A stretch of DNA of 64,000 nt. Origin: Elusimicrobia bacterium RIFOXYA2_FULL_39_19. Its GTDB lineage: Bacteria > Elusimicrobiota > Endomicrobiia > CG1-02-37-114 > XYA2-FULL-39-19. Under the pieces are notes generated by a model, which worked only from the letters and a program-made list of their open reading frames with translations, was not told the origin of the DNA and did not search any database. The position numbers and the translations under genes were made by a program. Of the stretch, positions 10,296 through 19,700 are shown piece by piece. Location of the stretch: assembly GCA_001800285.1 (NCBI GenBank), contig MGVC01000054.1, forward strand, positions 8,272 through 72,271. The letters run 5' to 3'. Each line of letters opens with the position of its first letter. The first letter of the stretch is position 1.

Positions 10296-10440
10296 AAAAG
10301 TCACCTTAAAACCAGTGATTAGTCATTATGTGTTTAAGTGGTTAGTTTATGATTTTTAAAAACAAGTGATTTATTGCTACATGTTTTCATGATTAGCAAA
10401 ATCCTTAACTAATTTCTGACCACTTAATCACTTAATCACT
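10296..10440. promoter_or_regulatory. Array of GTGATTA / GTGGTTA heptamer motifs (family G) between the lipB-lipA stop and the start of the upstream gene.
   Basis: 'cagtgattagtcat', 'aagtggttagttta', 'catgattagcaaa', 'accacttaatcacttaatcact'. Similar arrays recur at 13681-13775, 13975-14012, 22598-22680 and 50222-50300. Confidence 0.5.
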
Positions 10441-10443
10441 TTT

Positions 10444-12003
10444 TTACTTGCCGTTAAACGCTTCCTGTGCATGGTACGAACTTCTGGCAAAAGCATCCGC
10501 CACTACAGACTTAAAACCCATTTTCAATGCTTCCGCTTTATAACTTTCAAATTCTTCCGGTGTAATATGCTTTTCTACTGAAAGGTTTTGCGGTAGGGGC
10601 TGTAAATACTGGCCCAGTACCGCAATATCGCACTTTACTTTTCGTAAATCTGCCAATACTTCCAGCACTTCTTCATGTGTTTCACCCAACCCCAGCATAA
10701 GGGCAGACTTTGTAGTAATAGAAGAATGTTTTTTAACATACATCAGCAGATTTAATGAGTGCAGGTAATCAGCCTTTGCGCGCGCCTTTTTGTAAATCCG
10801 CGGAACCGTTTCCAGATTATGCCCTAATATATCAGGCTTAGCTTCTATTATTTTATTAAGCGGTTCTTTTTTTCCTTTAAAATCCGGTACTAATAATTCA
10901 ATGTTTACTTTTCCCGGTATTTTGTTTCTGATTTCCTGAATTACTTTTACAAATTGCTCAGCACCGCCGTCAGATAAATCATCGCGGGTAACAGAAGTTA
11001 TTACAATATGGCGCAGATTAAGCTTTTTTACAGCTTGTGTAATTTTTTCCGGTTCCTTAACATCAATTTCCTGCGGCAAGCCTTTACTGACACCGCAAAA
11101 ACCGCAGTTACGCGTACAGATATTTCCTAAAATCATAAATGTTGCAGTGCCTTTTGTAAAACATTCATTTATGTTTGGGCATAGAGCGCTGTTACACACG
11201 GTATTAAGATCTAATTCTTTTATTACTGATTCGGTAGTTTCAGGCTGATTATAGGAAACACGTTTCTTAATCCATTTTGGGAGTACTTGTTTTTGTTCTT
11301 CTTTTTTCTGCGGGGCAACCATTGGTAATTCTTCGTACGCAAATACATCTTTAAAATGTCTTATTACAGACCTTTTTACTTCTTTCATATCTACGGTAAT
11401 TTTTGTTGGTGTTGAAAATAAATCGCCCTGCTGGTTTAATGCTTCTTCTATAGAAGTCATTTTTTTATTTTTAAGCCCGCAGGGGTTTATCATAGATACT
11501 ACTTTTAAATCCGGGTTTACGTTAAGGGCAAAACCGTGGTAAGTAACCCAGTGTTTTACGCCAATACCTATGGAGGCTATTTTATTGTTTCCTGCCCATA
11601 CGCCCGTAAAACCTTCTTTTCTTTCACCGGCAATTTTAAAATCACCCAGAGCCCTGATAATCACTTCTTCCAGGTTGCGAATGAAAAGATGTATGTCTTT
11701 CTGCGTTTTTTCAAGGTTTAAAAGCGCATAACCAACCAGCTGGCCCGGGCAGTGCAGGGTAATGTTGCCGCCGCGGTCTATTTCCAATACTTCTATAGCT
11801 TTTTGTTTTAATATTTCCTGTGAAACCAGTATGTCTTCTTTGTCAAAAATGGTTTTGCCGCGGGTAATGACGGCAGGATGTTCGGTAAGTATCAGGGTAT
11901 CCGGTGCATTATTTTCTGAAATATCTTTTAGTATTTTTTTCTGCAGTTCGTAGGAGGTGGTATAATCTGTTAGGCCGGAATTTACTATATTTAGTTCTCG
12001 CAT
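10444..12003 (-). CDS. lipA: Fused octanoyltransferase LipB (N-terminal) and lipoyl synthase LipA (C-terminal).
   Basis: N-terminal half 'LTEHPAVITRGK...LEIDRGGNITLHCPGQLVGY' (LipB/BPL catalytic). C-terminal half radical-SAM 'CTRNCGFC' plus the auxiliary cluster 'CPNINEC' typical of LipA. Confidence 0.85.
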   Translation of the reverse strand: MRELNIVNSGLTDYTTSYELQKKILKDISENNAPDTLILTEHPAVITRGKTIFDKEDILVSQEILKQKAIEVLEIDRGGNITLHCPGQLVGYALLNLEKTQKDIHLFIRNLEEVIIRALGDFKIAGERKEGFTGVWAGNNKIASIGIGVKHWVTYHGFALNVNPDLKVVSMINPCGLKNKKMTSIEEALNQQGDLFSTPTKITVDMKEVKRSVIRHFKDVFAYEELPMVAPQKKEEQKQVLPKWIKKRVSYNQPETTESVIKELDLNTVCNSALCPNINECFTKGTATFMILGNICTRNCGFCGVSKGLPQEIDVKEPEKITQAVKKLNLRHIVITSVTRDDLSDGGAEQFVKVIQEIRNKIPGKVNIELLVPDFKGKKEPLNKIIEAKPDILGHNLETVPRIYKKARAKADYLHSLNLLMYVKKHSSITTKSALMLGLGETHEEVLEVLADLRKVKCDIAVLGQYLQPLPQNLSVEKHITPEEFESYKAEALKMGFKSVVADAFARSSYHAQEAFNGK

Positions 12004-12004
12004 T

Positions 12005-13366
12005 TTATTTTTTTTTGGGTAAGTCTATGGCTTCTTTATGCGTATCATGCACCGCTTCTAAAATAGCTTCCGCCATGGTTGGATGTGCATGCATAATACG
12101 CGTAAAATCATTCACTTTCAGTTTCATTTTTACTGCTGTTACCGCTTCACCTATCATTTCAGAAGCTTCTGCACCTAATATATGAACCCCTAAAACTTCA
12201 TCTGTTTTTTTATCTGCCAGTACTTTTATAAAACCTGTTGTTTTACCCAGGGTCATAGCCCTGCCGTTTGCGCTAAACGGAAATCTGCCGATATTTACTT
12301 CCAGCCCCAGAGCTGATGCTTTTTTTTGTGTTAAACCCGTGCTGGCAACTTCCGGCATAGCGTACACACAGCTGGGAATAACCGAATAATCTATTTTTGA
12401 ATCCTGCCCGCAGGCGTTTTCTGCTGCTGCTATGCCTTCAGCAGATGCTTTATGCGCCAGCAGTACGCCACCAGCAGCATCGCCAATGGCATAAATTCCT
12501 GAAATGTTTGTTTCCATTTTATCATTAACTTTTATAAATGCTTTTTCTGCAATTACGCCCGCTTTTTCAAGCGCCAGATTTGACGTATTTGGTTTTCTGC
12601 CTACCGCTACAAGCACTAATTCATAATTTTCTGTCATGGCGGGCTCTACTGCGGTACCTGTTTTAATTTCTATGCCGTCTTTTACAAGAAACATTTTAAG
12701 TTTGTCTGCTACTTCTTCATCTTCATAGGGTAAAATTTTCGGCAGCATTTCAAAAACGGTTACTTTTGTGCCAAGCGCGTTAAAAATACAGGCAAATTCT
12801 ATGCCTATTACGCCCGCGCCTATTATCATAAGTGTTTTTGGCGCTTCGGCCAGGCCGTTTGTTACATCTAATATATGGTCGCTGGTAAGTATTTTTTTGC
12901 CATCAGCGGGAATGGATGGGATTTCTGCGGGCACTGAACCTGTGGCTATGATAATCTTTTCTGATTTATATGTTTCTGTACCGGTTTGAGTGCTAACTTC
13001 AACTTCATTTTTGCTTAATAATGATGCGCTTCCTTTAATAAGTGTAACTGCATTACTTTTCAGCAGCTGCTCTACCCCGGCGCGCAGGTGAAGCACAATT
13101 TTGTTTTTCCTGTCCTGCATTTGCGGGAAACTGTAATCAACATTTTCTGCTTTTACGCCGTAACTATCCGCATTTTTTACAGTTTTGTATACGCCAGCGC
13201 TGGCTACCAATGCCTTGGTGGGAATACAGCCCCTGTTTAAACAGGTGCCGCCGGCAGCTTCTTTTTCTATCAGCAATACTTTTGCGCCTAACTGTGCCGC
13301 GCGTATGGCCGCCACGTATCCGCCCGGCCCCGCCCCGATAATTATTAAGTTAAATTCATTGTTCAT
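12005..13366 (-). CDS. lpdA: Dihydrolipoyl dehydrogenase (E3 / L-protein).
   Basis: 'IIIGAGPGGYVAAIRAAQLG...GGTCLNRGCIPTK' FAD/redox-disulfide motifs and a C-terminal dimerisation 'HAHPTMAEA'. The likely start at 13366 is preceded by AAAGGAAAAAAC. The track ORF extends to 13426. Confidence 0.9.
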   Translation of the reverse strand: MNNEFNLIIIGAGPGGYVAAIRAAQLGAKVLLIEKEAAGGTCLNRGCIPTKALVASAGVYKTVKNADSYGVKAENVDYSFPQMQDRKNKIVLHLRAGVEQLLKSNAVTLIKGSASLLSKNEVEVSTQTGTETYKSEKIIIATGSVPAEIPSIPADGKKILTSDHILDVTNGLAEAPKTLMIIGAGVIGIEFACIFNALGTKVTVFEMLPKILPYEDEEVADKLKMFLVKDGIEIKTGTAVEPAMTENYELVLVAVGRKPNTSNLALEKAGVIAEKAFIKVNDKMETNISGIYAIGDAAGGVLLAHKASAEGIAAAENACGQDSKIDYSVIPSCVYAMPEVASTGLTQKKASALGLEVNIGRFPFSANGRAMTLGKTTGFIKVLADKKTDEVLGVHILGAEASEMIGEAVTAVKMKLKVNDFTRIMHAHPTMAEAILEAVHDTHKEAIDLPKKK

Positions 13367-13502
13367 GTTTTTTCCTTTTACCATTTTTTGATTAGCGAAG
13401 CAATTGAAACGGTTTTTAAACGACATCTACTTGCTTCTCCTTTTATAAGATGACGCAAGAACGTTGCTCACAGTGATGTTTTAGTGAAAATAAAACGAAT
13501 TG

Positions 13503-13557
13503 GATTTTCAACTGTTTGACGATCCCGCCAAAGCGGGTGAGGAGTTTTGAAAATCCC
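13503..13557. repeat. Repeat family B, ~55-bp nested palindrome. Also at 15065-15118 and 24530-24582.
   Basis: 'gattttcaactgtttgacgatcccgcc[aaa/atg/ata]gcggg[t/a]gaggagttttgaaaatc'. Outer arms gattttcaa/ttgaaaatc, inner cccgcc..gcggg. Flanked by further imperfectly palindromic sequence. Confidence 0.85.
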
Positions 13558-13994
13558 GTTTTATTTTTACGTTCTACAGGAAAAACATCATAAGGAGTGA
13601 AAAACCGTTTCATAAATATGAAACCGTGTTTGTCTCTATTATATTAAATTTTAACCCCGTTTTCTTTGGTTATTCCTGGATTATTCTTACAAATCACTTA
13701 ACCACTTAGTCACGTATTCACTGTCTTTAGAGGCAGGTGGTTATGTGGTTAGTCGTTACGTGATTAGTGAAGCACTATGGGCTTACGCCCATAGCATCTG
13801 CTTCATCTTCGGCAAAAACCGCTGAAGAACATCCCCTGTCGCTAACCGCTTCTGCAATATTCGCGGCTATTTGCCGCATTGCATAAGCAGCTTTAGGGGA
13901 TACCCTACAACGCATTCATCCCCGCGTTTACACTCGGGGCATTCTGCGAAAGCGGGTAAAGACTTTGTATTTCACAAATCACTTAACCACTTAG

Positions 13995-14252
13995 TCACTT
14001 ATCCACTTTTCCAGTGTTTATATATGCAAGGATGAAACCTACGGGAATGTTTTTATCCGGGCTGGCCTGAACAATTATCTTTTCTATGGTGCCGGTAAGG
14101 GGGGACTCTACTTCAAAAGCGGCTTTATCGGTAAGAATTTCAAAAAGCGGCTCACCTTCTTTAATTTTTTCGCCTTCTTTTTTCAGCCACGCGCTTAAAA
14201 TGCCTTCCTGCATGTTTTCACTGAGCCTTGGCATTAAAATTTCTTTAATCAT
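13995..14252 (-). CDS. Free-standing lipoyl/biotinyl attachment domain protein (85 aa).
   Basis: 'EILTDKAAFEVESPLTGTI' is a lipoyl-lysine hairpin motif. Too short and divergent to be a canonical GcvH, which is encoded separately at 18766-19155. Confidence 0.7.
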   Translation of the reverse strand: MIKEILMPRLSENMQEGILSAWLKKEGEKIKEGEPLFEILTDKAAFEVESPLTGTIEKIIVQASPDKNIPVGFILAYINTGKVDK

Positions 14253-14253
14253 A

Positions 14254-15036
14254 TTATATTTTCCTGTTCCAGCTGTCTAAACTATACTTTTTCTCTATCA
14301 ATTCACTTACTTGCACTGCTAACTCTGGTGAATTTTGCGTAATTTCCGGCAAGTCAAACTTTTTAAACACTTCTTTTTTAAATTTTTCAATATTTAACGG
14401 TACATTGGCCACAAAATCATTGTGTTTTCTTTTCCGGCGGTAATCCGGCTGATTTACCGGCTCTTTTAAATAGCTTGAAATCAGTTTGAGGTCAAAATCA
14501 TACAGCCAGGTGCCGTGATGCAGAAAAAAATGCCTTTTTCTTGCCTGCGCATTGCCTGAAACCTTTTTATCTGCATACACTATGTCTGAAATGGGTTTAA
14601 AACAGATATTTCCATTACCTGATGCTATTTTTGCGCAGTCAATTATCTTTTCAAGTATGTAATTGTAGGATTTATTTACATCTGCAAGCGTTTTGTCCCT
14701 TTCATAAGACAAAACAAGCGAAAAATTCAAACACCCGGGCCCCTGCAGTACCGTACCGCCGGCAGAAGTGCGCCGTAAAACGGGAACATTGTCTTTTGCG
14801 CAGGCTTCTATATCAACTTCCTGATGAATTTTATTGCCGGTACCAAGCACAACAAAATATTTTTTTGATTCCCAGAAACGCACAGCTTCACCTGTGCCGT
14901 TTTTCTCTGCCTGCACCAGCAGAGCCTCGTCAAATGCAATATTTTCTTCCGGAGTTTCAAAATTCATTGGTTTTTTTGTGGTTGACATGTAATAGTTTTT
15001 TGATTTTAAAGCAAATGAAATGGTTTTAAGCGACAT
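14254..15036 (-). CDS. Lipoate-protein ligase / amidotransferase-like protein (LplA/LipL/LipM catalytic domain only).
   Basis: 'VLRRTSAGGTVLQGPGCLNFSLV' and an upstream 'FDEALL...EAVRFWES...VVLG' match the BPL_LplA_LipB catalytic core. No LplA C-terminal domain. Confidence 0.65.
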   Translation of the reverse strand: MSLKTISFALKSKNYYMSTTKKPMNFETPEENIAFDEALLVQAEKNGTGEAVRFWESKKYFVVLGTGNKIHQEVDIEACAKDNVPVLRRTSAGGTVLQGPGCLNFSLVLSYERDKTLADVNKSYNYILEKIIDCAKIASGNGNICFKPISDIVYADKKVSGNAQARKRHFFLHHGTWLYDFDLKLISSYLKEPVNQPDYRRKRKHNDFVANVPLNIEKFKKEVFKKFDLPEITQNSPELAVQVSELIEKKYSLDSWNRKI

Positions 15037-15064
15037 CCGATGTTTTAGTTGAAAAAAACATTTA

Positions 15065-15118
15065 GATTTTCAACTGTTTGACGATCCCGCCATGGCGGGA
15101 GAGGAGTTTTGAAAATCT
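15065..15118. repeat. Repeat family B, copy 2. Possible terminator hairpin followed by a T-run on the minus strand.
   Basis: Same as the 13503 copy. The minus-strand reading is followed by 'taaatgttttttt'. Confidence 0.8.
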
Positions 15119-15343
15119 TGTTTTTTTCAACGGTCCGAAGGAAAAACATCGAAAAAAGCATAAAAATCATTTCAAATAATATCTTTTCAATGGTTTAACG
15201 ATAATTATTTTAATTATCTCTTAGTTTTAGAAATATATGAAGCGATTTTGAACGATATAAATGATTTTAGGCGTTTTTCATGTAAAAATCATTACGGGAG
15301 AGAACAAATCGTTTCATTATATTGATTTATCAACTGCATCGGG

Positions 15344-16792
15344 TTAAAGTTTATAACACAAATCCATATCTTTTGCGGCAGAAACTTCATCCAATCTTGA
15401 AACAGGCGTTGTTGTAGGAGAATTCTTTACCAGTTCCGGCTGGGTTTGCGCTTCTTCACTGATTTTTATCATAGCGCTTATAAACTCATCCAGCGCTTCC
15501 TTGGTTTCCGTTTCGGTAGGCTCAATCATAATGGCTTCCTTTACTATAAGCGGAAAATAAATGGTAGGCGGGTGAAAACCATAATCTATCAGGCGTTTTG
15601 CTATATCTACAGTATGCACGCCGTTTTTAATCTGCCTGCTTCCGGAAAACACGCATTCGTGCATGCAGGTTTTATCGTAAGCAATCTGATAATAATTTTT
15701 AAGTTTTTCCTTAATATAATTGGCATTTAATACAGCATTTTCGCTTACCCGTATCAAACCTTCTTTGCCCAGCATCAAAATATAGCAGTACGCTTTTAAA
15801 ATAACGCCGAAATTTCCGTAAAACGGCGCAATAAATCCTATGGATGACGGCCGGTCATATTCCAGCGCGTAAGTACCGTCATTTCTTTTTACCACAAGGG
15901 AAATTGGCAGATATTTTTTCAGTTTTTCTACCACTCCTACCGGCCCCGCGCCGGGCCCGCCGCCGCCGTGCGGTGTAGCAAATGTTTTATGCAGATTAAT
16001 ATGCATCAAATCAAACCCGATATCTCCCGGGCGCACCTTGCCAAGAATAGCGTTCATATTTGCGCCGTCGCAATACATCAGGCCGTCAACTTCGTGCAGT
16101 TTCTGGGCAATCTTCTTTATCTGCGGTTCAAATAACCCCAGAGTATTCGGGCAGGTTAACATCACAGCGGCCACTTCATTGTCTAAAACTTTTAAAAATT
16201 CATCATAATCTATCACGCCGTCTGAGTTTGACGGCACAGAAACTATACTGTACCCGCAAATAGCCGCGCTGGCAGGGTTTGTACCGTGGGAAGAATCCGG
16301 CACAATAATTTTTGTTTTCTTATTTCCTTTATCCTTATGATACGCGGCAATAATCATAGTGCCGGTCAGCTCGCCGTGCGCGCCCGCTAACGGCTGCATA
16401 GTAAACTCCGCCATACCTGCAATTTCTGATAACAATCTTTCTGTATTATAAATCACCTGCAACGCGCCCTGGGTCAGCATACCGCCGTGGCGTAACTGCG
16501 GAAGAAGCGGATGCAGTTCCACAAAACCCTGGTATCTGCTTACTTCTTCGTCAATTTTCGGGTTGTACTTCATAGTGCAGGACCCAAGCGGATAAAAATT
16601 GGTATCCACACCGAAATTTCTTCTGGATAATTCCGTATAATGCCTCATGGCTTCCAGCTCCGACACTTCCGGCAGCTGCGCATCTTCTTTACGAACATAC
16701 TTTTCAGGAATCTTTGAACTTACCGGCACATCGCTTTTCGGCAGCTTTGCGCCAACCCTGTCCGGCACACCTTTTTCAAAAATTAGTTTCAT
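15344..16792 (-). CDS. gcvPB: Glycine dehydrogenase (decarboxylating) subunit 2.
   Basis: 'NLHKTFATPHGGGGPGAGP' PLP-lysine region. Start MKLIFEKG at 16792 with AAAGGAAAA upstream. The track ORF begins 18 nt earlier. Confidence 0.9.
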   Translation of the reverse strand: MKLIFEKGVPDRVGAKLPKSDVPVSSKIPEKYVRKEDAQLPEVSELEAMRHYTELSRRNFGVDTNFYPLGSCTMKYNPKIDEEVSRYQGFVELHPLLPQLRHGGMLTQGALQVIYNTERLLSEIAGMAEFTMQPLAGAHGELTGTMIIAAYHKDKGNKKTKIIVPDSSHGTNPASAAICGYSIVSVPSNSDGVIDYDEFLKVLDNEVAAVMLTCPNTLGLFEPQIKKIAQKLHEVDGLMYCDGANMNAILGKVRPGDIGFDLMHINLHKTFATPHGGGGPGAGPVGVVEKLKKYLPISLVVKRNDGTYALEYDRPSSIGFIAPFYGNFGVILKAYCYILMLGKEGLIRVSENAVLNANYIKEKLKNYYQIAYDKTCMHECVFSGSRQIKNGVHTVDIAKRLIDYGFHPPTIYFPLIVKEAIMIEPTETETKEALDEFISAMIKISEEAQTQPELVKNSPTTTPVSRLDEVSAAKDMDLCYKL

Positions 16793-16823
16793 AGTTTTTC
16801 CTTTTACCATTAGATAACATGAT

Positions 16824-16925
16824 ACTGGTATGCCACCCTTCCTAGCGGGTTACGGCATACACGAGTATTGTAACTGGTATGCCACCCTTCCTAGCGGGTT
16901 ACGGCATACACGAGTATTGTAACTG
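16824..16925. repeat. Tandem direct repeat, 2.1 copies of a 49-bp unit, immediately upstream of gcvPB.
   Basis: 'actggtatgccacccttcctagcgggttacggcatacacgagtattgta' repeated head-to-tail. Confidence 0.9.
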
Positions 16926-16973
16926 CCCGCAATCATGTTTTTTCCTTTATTAGTTTTTTCCAATTTCAATTAT

Positions 16974-17080
16974 TCGGATTGTTCGGTCTGATAGATTATC
17001 CTGTAATCTGGCATCAGACACTCTTTCGGATTGTTCGGAGAACAATCCCTACTTTTCATTTTATCATTTGTTGGGGATGT
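16974..17080. repeat. Repeat family D copy, followed by a family C MITE at 17166-17275.
   Basis: 'ggattgttcggtctgatagattatcctgtaatctggcatcagacactctttcggattgttcggagaacaatccctac'. The same module lies at 48948-49040, 59690-59745 and 61215-61245. Confidence 0.8.
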
Positions 17081-17353
17081 CTGTTCTGCTGCAGAGCAAG
17101 CTCTGCCACTACATTCCTTATTATCCAACCCCTAAAGCGAGGGGATATGCTTGATACTAAATTGTGAGGAATAATTCCTGAAGAAAACCTCTGCCGGCGA
17201 CTTTTGCAATCACGGAGCCGGCGGTAGAGTGAGCCGCAAAGCGAACGTTTTTCGGAAGGAATTATTCCGAACATTTGCTAGTCCGCGTTTTTCGGAAAGA
17301 ACATTTCTGAGCATAAATTCAACTATCTTTTTGAAAAACATATTCCCGAGCAA

Positions 17354-18694
17354 TCACTCACTTTTCAGCACGCTTTCCAGCGATTCTTTCAAATGCCCAA
17401 TCTCTTCTTTCGTTCTTTTCTCGGTCACAGAAACCAGCATACAATGTTCCATTCCCTTATAATAACGCCCCAACGGAAAACCCGCGGCAAAACCTTTTTC
17501 AATCAATGCGCTCACCGCATCTGCCGCATCCATAGGAAGCTCAATAACAAACTCATTAAAAAACGGTGCAGAAAACTTCTTCTTTACATCCTTTATTCTC
17601 AGCAGTTTATTGCAGGCATACTCTGCTTTATCAGCGCACAGCTGTGCCGTTTCCTTAAAACCCTGTTTTCCCAATAAACTTAAATAAACCGTAGCGGCAA
17701 TAGTATTTAAAGTAGAATTCGTACAAATATTTGAAGTCGCCTTTTCCCGGCGGATATGCTGTTCACGCGTCTGCAGGGTAAACACAAAACCCTGCCTGCC
17801 CTGTTTATCTTTTGTGCGCCCTACCACCCTGCCCGGCATCTGCCTGACATGGGTTTTCAGCGTAGCCAGAAAACCAAAATACGGTCCGCCGAAAGAAAGC
17901 GGAAGGCCCAAACTCTGCCCTTCACCCGTTACAATATCTATACCCATCTCGCTGGGCGGTTTTAAAAGGCCCAGTGAAATAGGATAAACCGAACAAATAG
18001 TCAGCGCGCCTGCGCTGTGAGCCTTTTGGGAAATATCAGAAAAATCATCTACACTGCCGAAAAAGTTGGGGTTCTGCAAGATTATGGCTGCTGTATCGCT
18101 GTCAATTTCTTTAAATATTTTTTCCCGGCACGCTATACCGTCAGCTGTTGATATTTCCACAAGCTTTAATGCCAGATTACTGGTATAAGACCTCAGCATT
18201 GTCCTGTAAATCAGGCTTACGCCTTCGCAAACTATTATTTTTTTTCTTTTAGTAATGCGTGTTGCCATCATGGCAGCTTCGTAAAGCGCAGTCCCGCCTT
18301 CATAAATGGATGCGTTTGAAATATCCATACCCGTCAGCCTGCAAATAGCTGTCTGATATTCATAAATTGCCTGCAGTACACCCTGGGAAACTTCCGGCTG
18401 GTACGGCGTATAGGCAGTATAAAATTCGCTTCTTGAAATAATAGCGTCAACGGCTGAGGGGACATAATGGTCATAAAACCCGCCGCCTAAAAAACAAATT
18501 AAATCAGTAGCATTTTTTGATGCCAGGCTCTTTAAATGCTGGCGCACCTGGATTTCTGATTTGCCTGCCGGGATATTAAAAGACTTCGGCTTAAAATCTG
18601 CGGGAATAACCTTAAACAAATCATCAATGGTTTTTACACCGATTGCTTCCAGCATTTCCTGCTGCTGCTTCTTTGTGTTAGAAATATAGGTCAT
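17354..18694 (-). CDS. gcvPA: Glycine dehydrogenase (decarboxylating) subunit 1.
   Basis: Full-length similarity to GcvPA family ('YTPYQPEVSQG', 'LQTREQHIRREKATSNICT'). Confidence 0.9.
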   Translation of the reverse strand: MTYISNTKKQQQEMLEAIGVKTIDDLFKVIPADFKPKSFNIPAGKSEIQVRQHLKSLASKNATDLICFLGGGFYDHYVPSAVDAIISRSEFYTAYTPYQPEVSQGVLQAIYEYQTAICRLTGMDISNASIYEGGTALYEAAMMATRITKRKKIIVCEGVSLIYRTMLRSYTSNLALKLVEISTADGIACREKIFKEIDSDTAAIILQNPNFFGSVDDFSDISQKAHSAGALTICSVYPISLGLLKPPSEMGIDIVTGEGQSLGLPLSFGGPYFGFLATLKTHVRQMPGRVVGRTKDKQGRQGFVFTLQTREQHIRREKATSNICTNSTLNTIAATVYLSLLGKQGFKETAQLCADKAEYACNKLLRIKDVKKKFSAPFFNEFVIELPMDAADAVSALIEKGFAAGFPLGRYYKGMEHCMLVSVTEKRTKEEIGHLKESLESVLKSE

Positions 18695-18765
18695 AGTCTT
18701 TCCTTTTATCAGCGGATACTATGATGCTACCCGCAATCATAAAGCACTCCTAAACGGCACATTTA

Positions 18766-19155
18766 TTACTCTGTTTCAAGTTTCTTTACAAGCTCTTCAT
18801 ACTTTTCTGCACTAAGCAGATTACCTAAATCCGCTTCATTTACATTTTCCAGCTTGCATATCCAGCCGGCACCGTAAGCATCTTTATTTATAGCTTCCGG
18901 CGCATCGGAAAGAGCGCTGTTTGCTTCTTTCACCGTACCGCTTACCGGTGAATAAATATCTGACGCCGCTTTCACAGACTCCACCACGCCCATCTCACCG
19001 AACTGCTTTAACGCTTTTCCTGCTTCAGGCAGCTGAACATAAGTGATATCTCCCAGAGATTTCTGGGCATAATCTGTAATGCCTACCGTAGCTGTTTTGT
19101 CTTTTACCAATACCCACTCATGTTTTTCTGTGTACTTCAATTCTTTTGGAATCAT
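18766..19155 (-). CDS. gcvH: Glycine cleavage system H protein.
   Basis: 'VESVKAASDIYSPVSGTV' lipoyl-lysine motif. 129 aa. Confidence 0.9.
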   Translation of the reverse strand: MIPKELKYTEKHEWVLVKDKTATVGITDYAQKSLGDITYVQLPEAGKALKQFGEMGVVESVKAASDIYSPVSGTVKEANSALSDAPEAINKDAYGAGWICKLENVNEADLGNLLSAEKYEELVKKLETE

Positions 19156-19260
19156 TTTTTCTCCCTTTTATCAGCGGATAAAAATACGCTAACCGCAGCA
19201 TTTTTTCTCCCTTTTATCAGCGGATAAAAATACGCTAACCGCAGCATTTTTTCTCCCTTA
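19155..19260. repeat. Tandem direct repeat, ~2.3 copies of a 46-bp unit. It includes the gcvH RBS and start region.
   Basis: 'ttttttctcccttttatcagcggataaaaatacgctaaccgcagca' twice, plus a partial third. Confidence 0.9.
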
Positions 19261-19284
19261 AATGTCTGTCCGCAGGACATGTGT

Positions 19285-19385
19285 GACCTGCTATCCTTCC
19301 AATCGGATGTCAGCAGGTACGAGTAAGGTTGCTGACCTGCTATCCTTCCAATCGGATGTCAGCAGGTACGAGTAAGGTTGCTGAC
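19285..19385. repeat. Tandem direct repeat, 2 copies of a 49-bp hairpin-forming unit.
   Basis: 'gacctgctatccttccaatcggatgtcagcaggtacgagtaaggttgct' x2. Internal inverted repeat cctgct...agcagg. Confidence 0.9.
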
Positions 19386-19490
19386 ATTTACCCCGACGCC
19401 CTGGACTATTTTATGTGTTTAAAATAGTCCAGTCAGGGGCTATTCATTTTTTATTGTAAAACCGCTGTTTTATAAAAACACTTCATCCTA

Positions 19491-19700
19491 CGTTTGCGAA
19501 AAAACATTCTTGGAGAAAACCTTTGGTGACGACCTTTGCAAATCCCGGAGTCACCAATAGAGCGAGCCTCAAAGCGAGCGTTTTTCGGAAAGAATGTTTT
19601 TGAGCACAGTGAGCCGCAATCCCAAATTTCCTTTTATTAGCTGTATTTGGGATGCTACTCGCAAAGCGAACGTTTTTCGGAAGGAATTGTTCCGATCAAC
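19491..19700. mobile_element. Repeat family C, MITE-like composite copy.
   Basis: 'cattcttggagaaaacctttggtgacgacctttgcaaatcccggag ... gagccgcaatcccaaatttccttttattagctgtatttgggatgctactcgcaaagcgaacgtttttcggaaggaattgttcc'. Confidence 0.75.
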
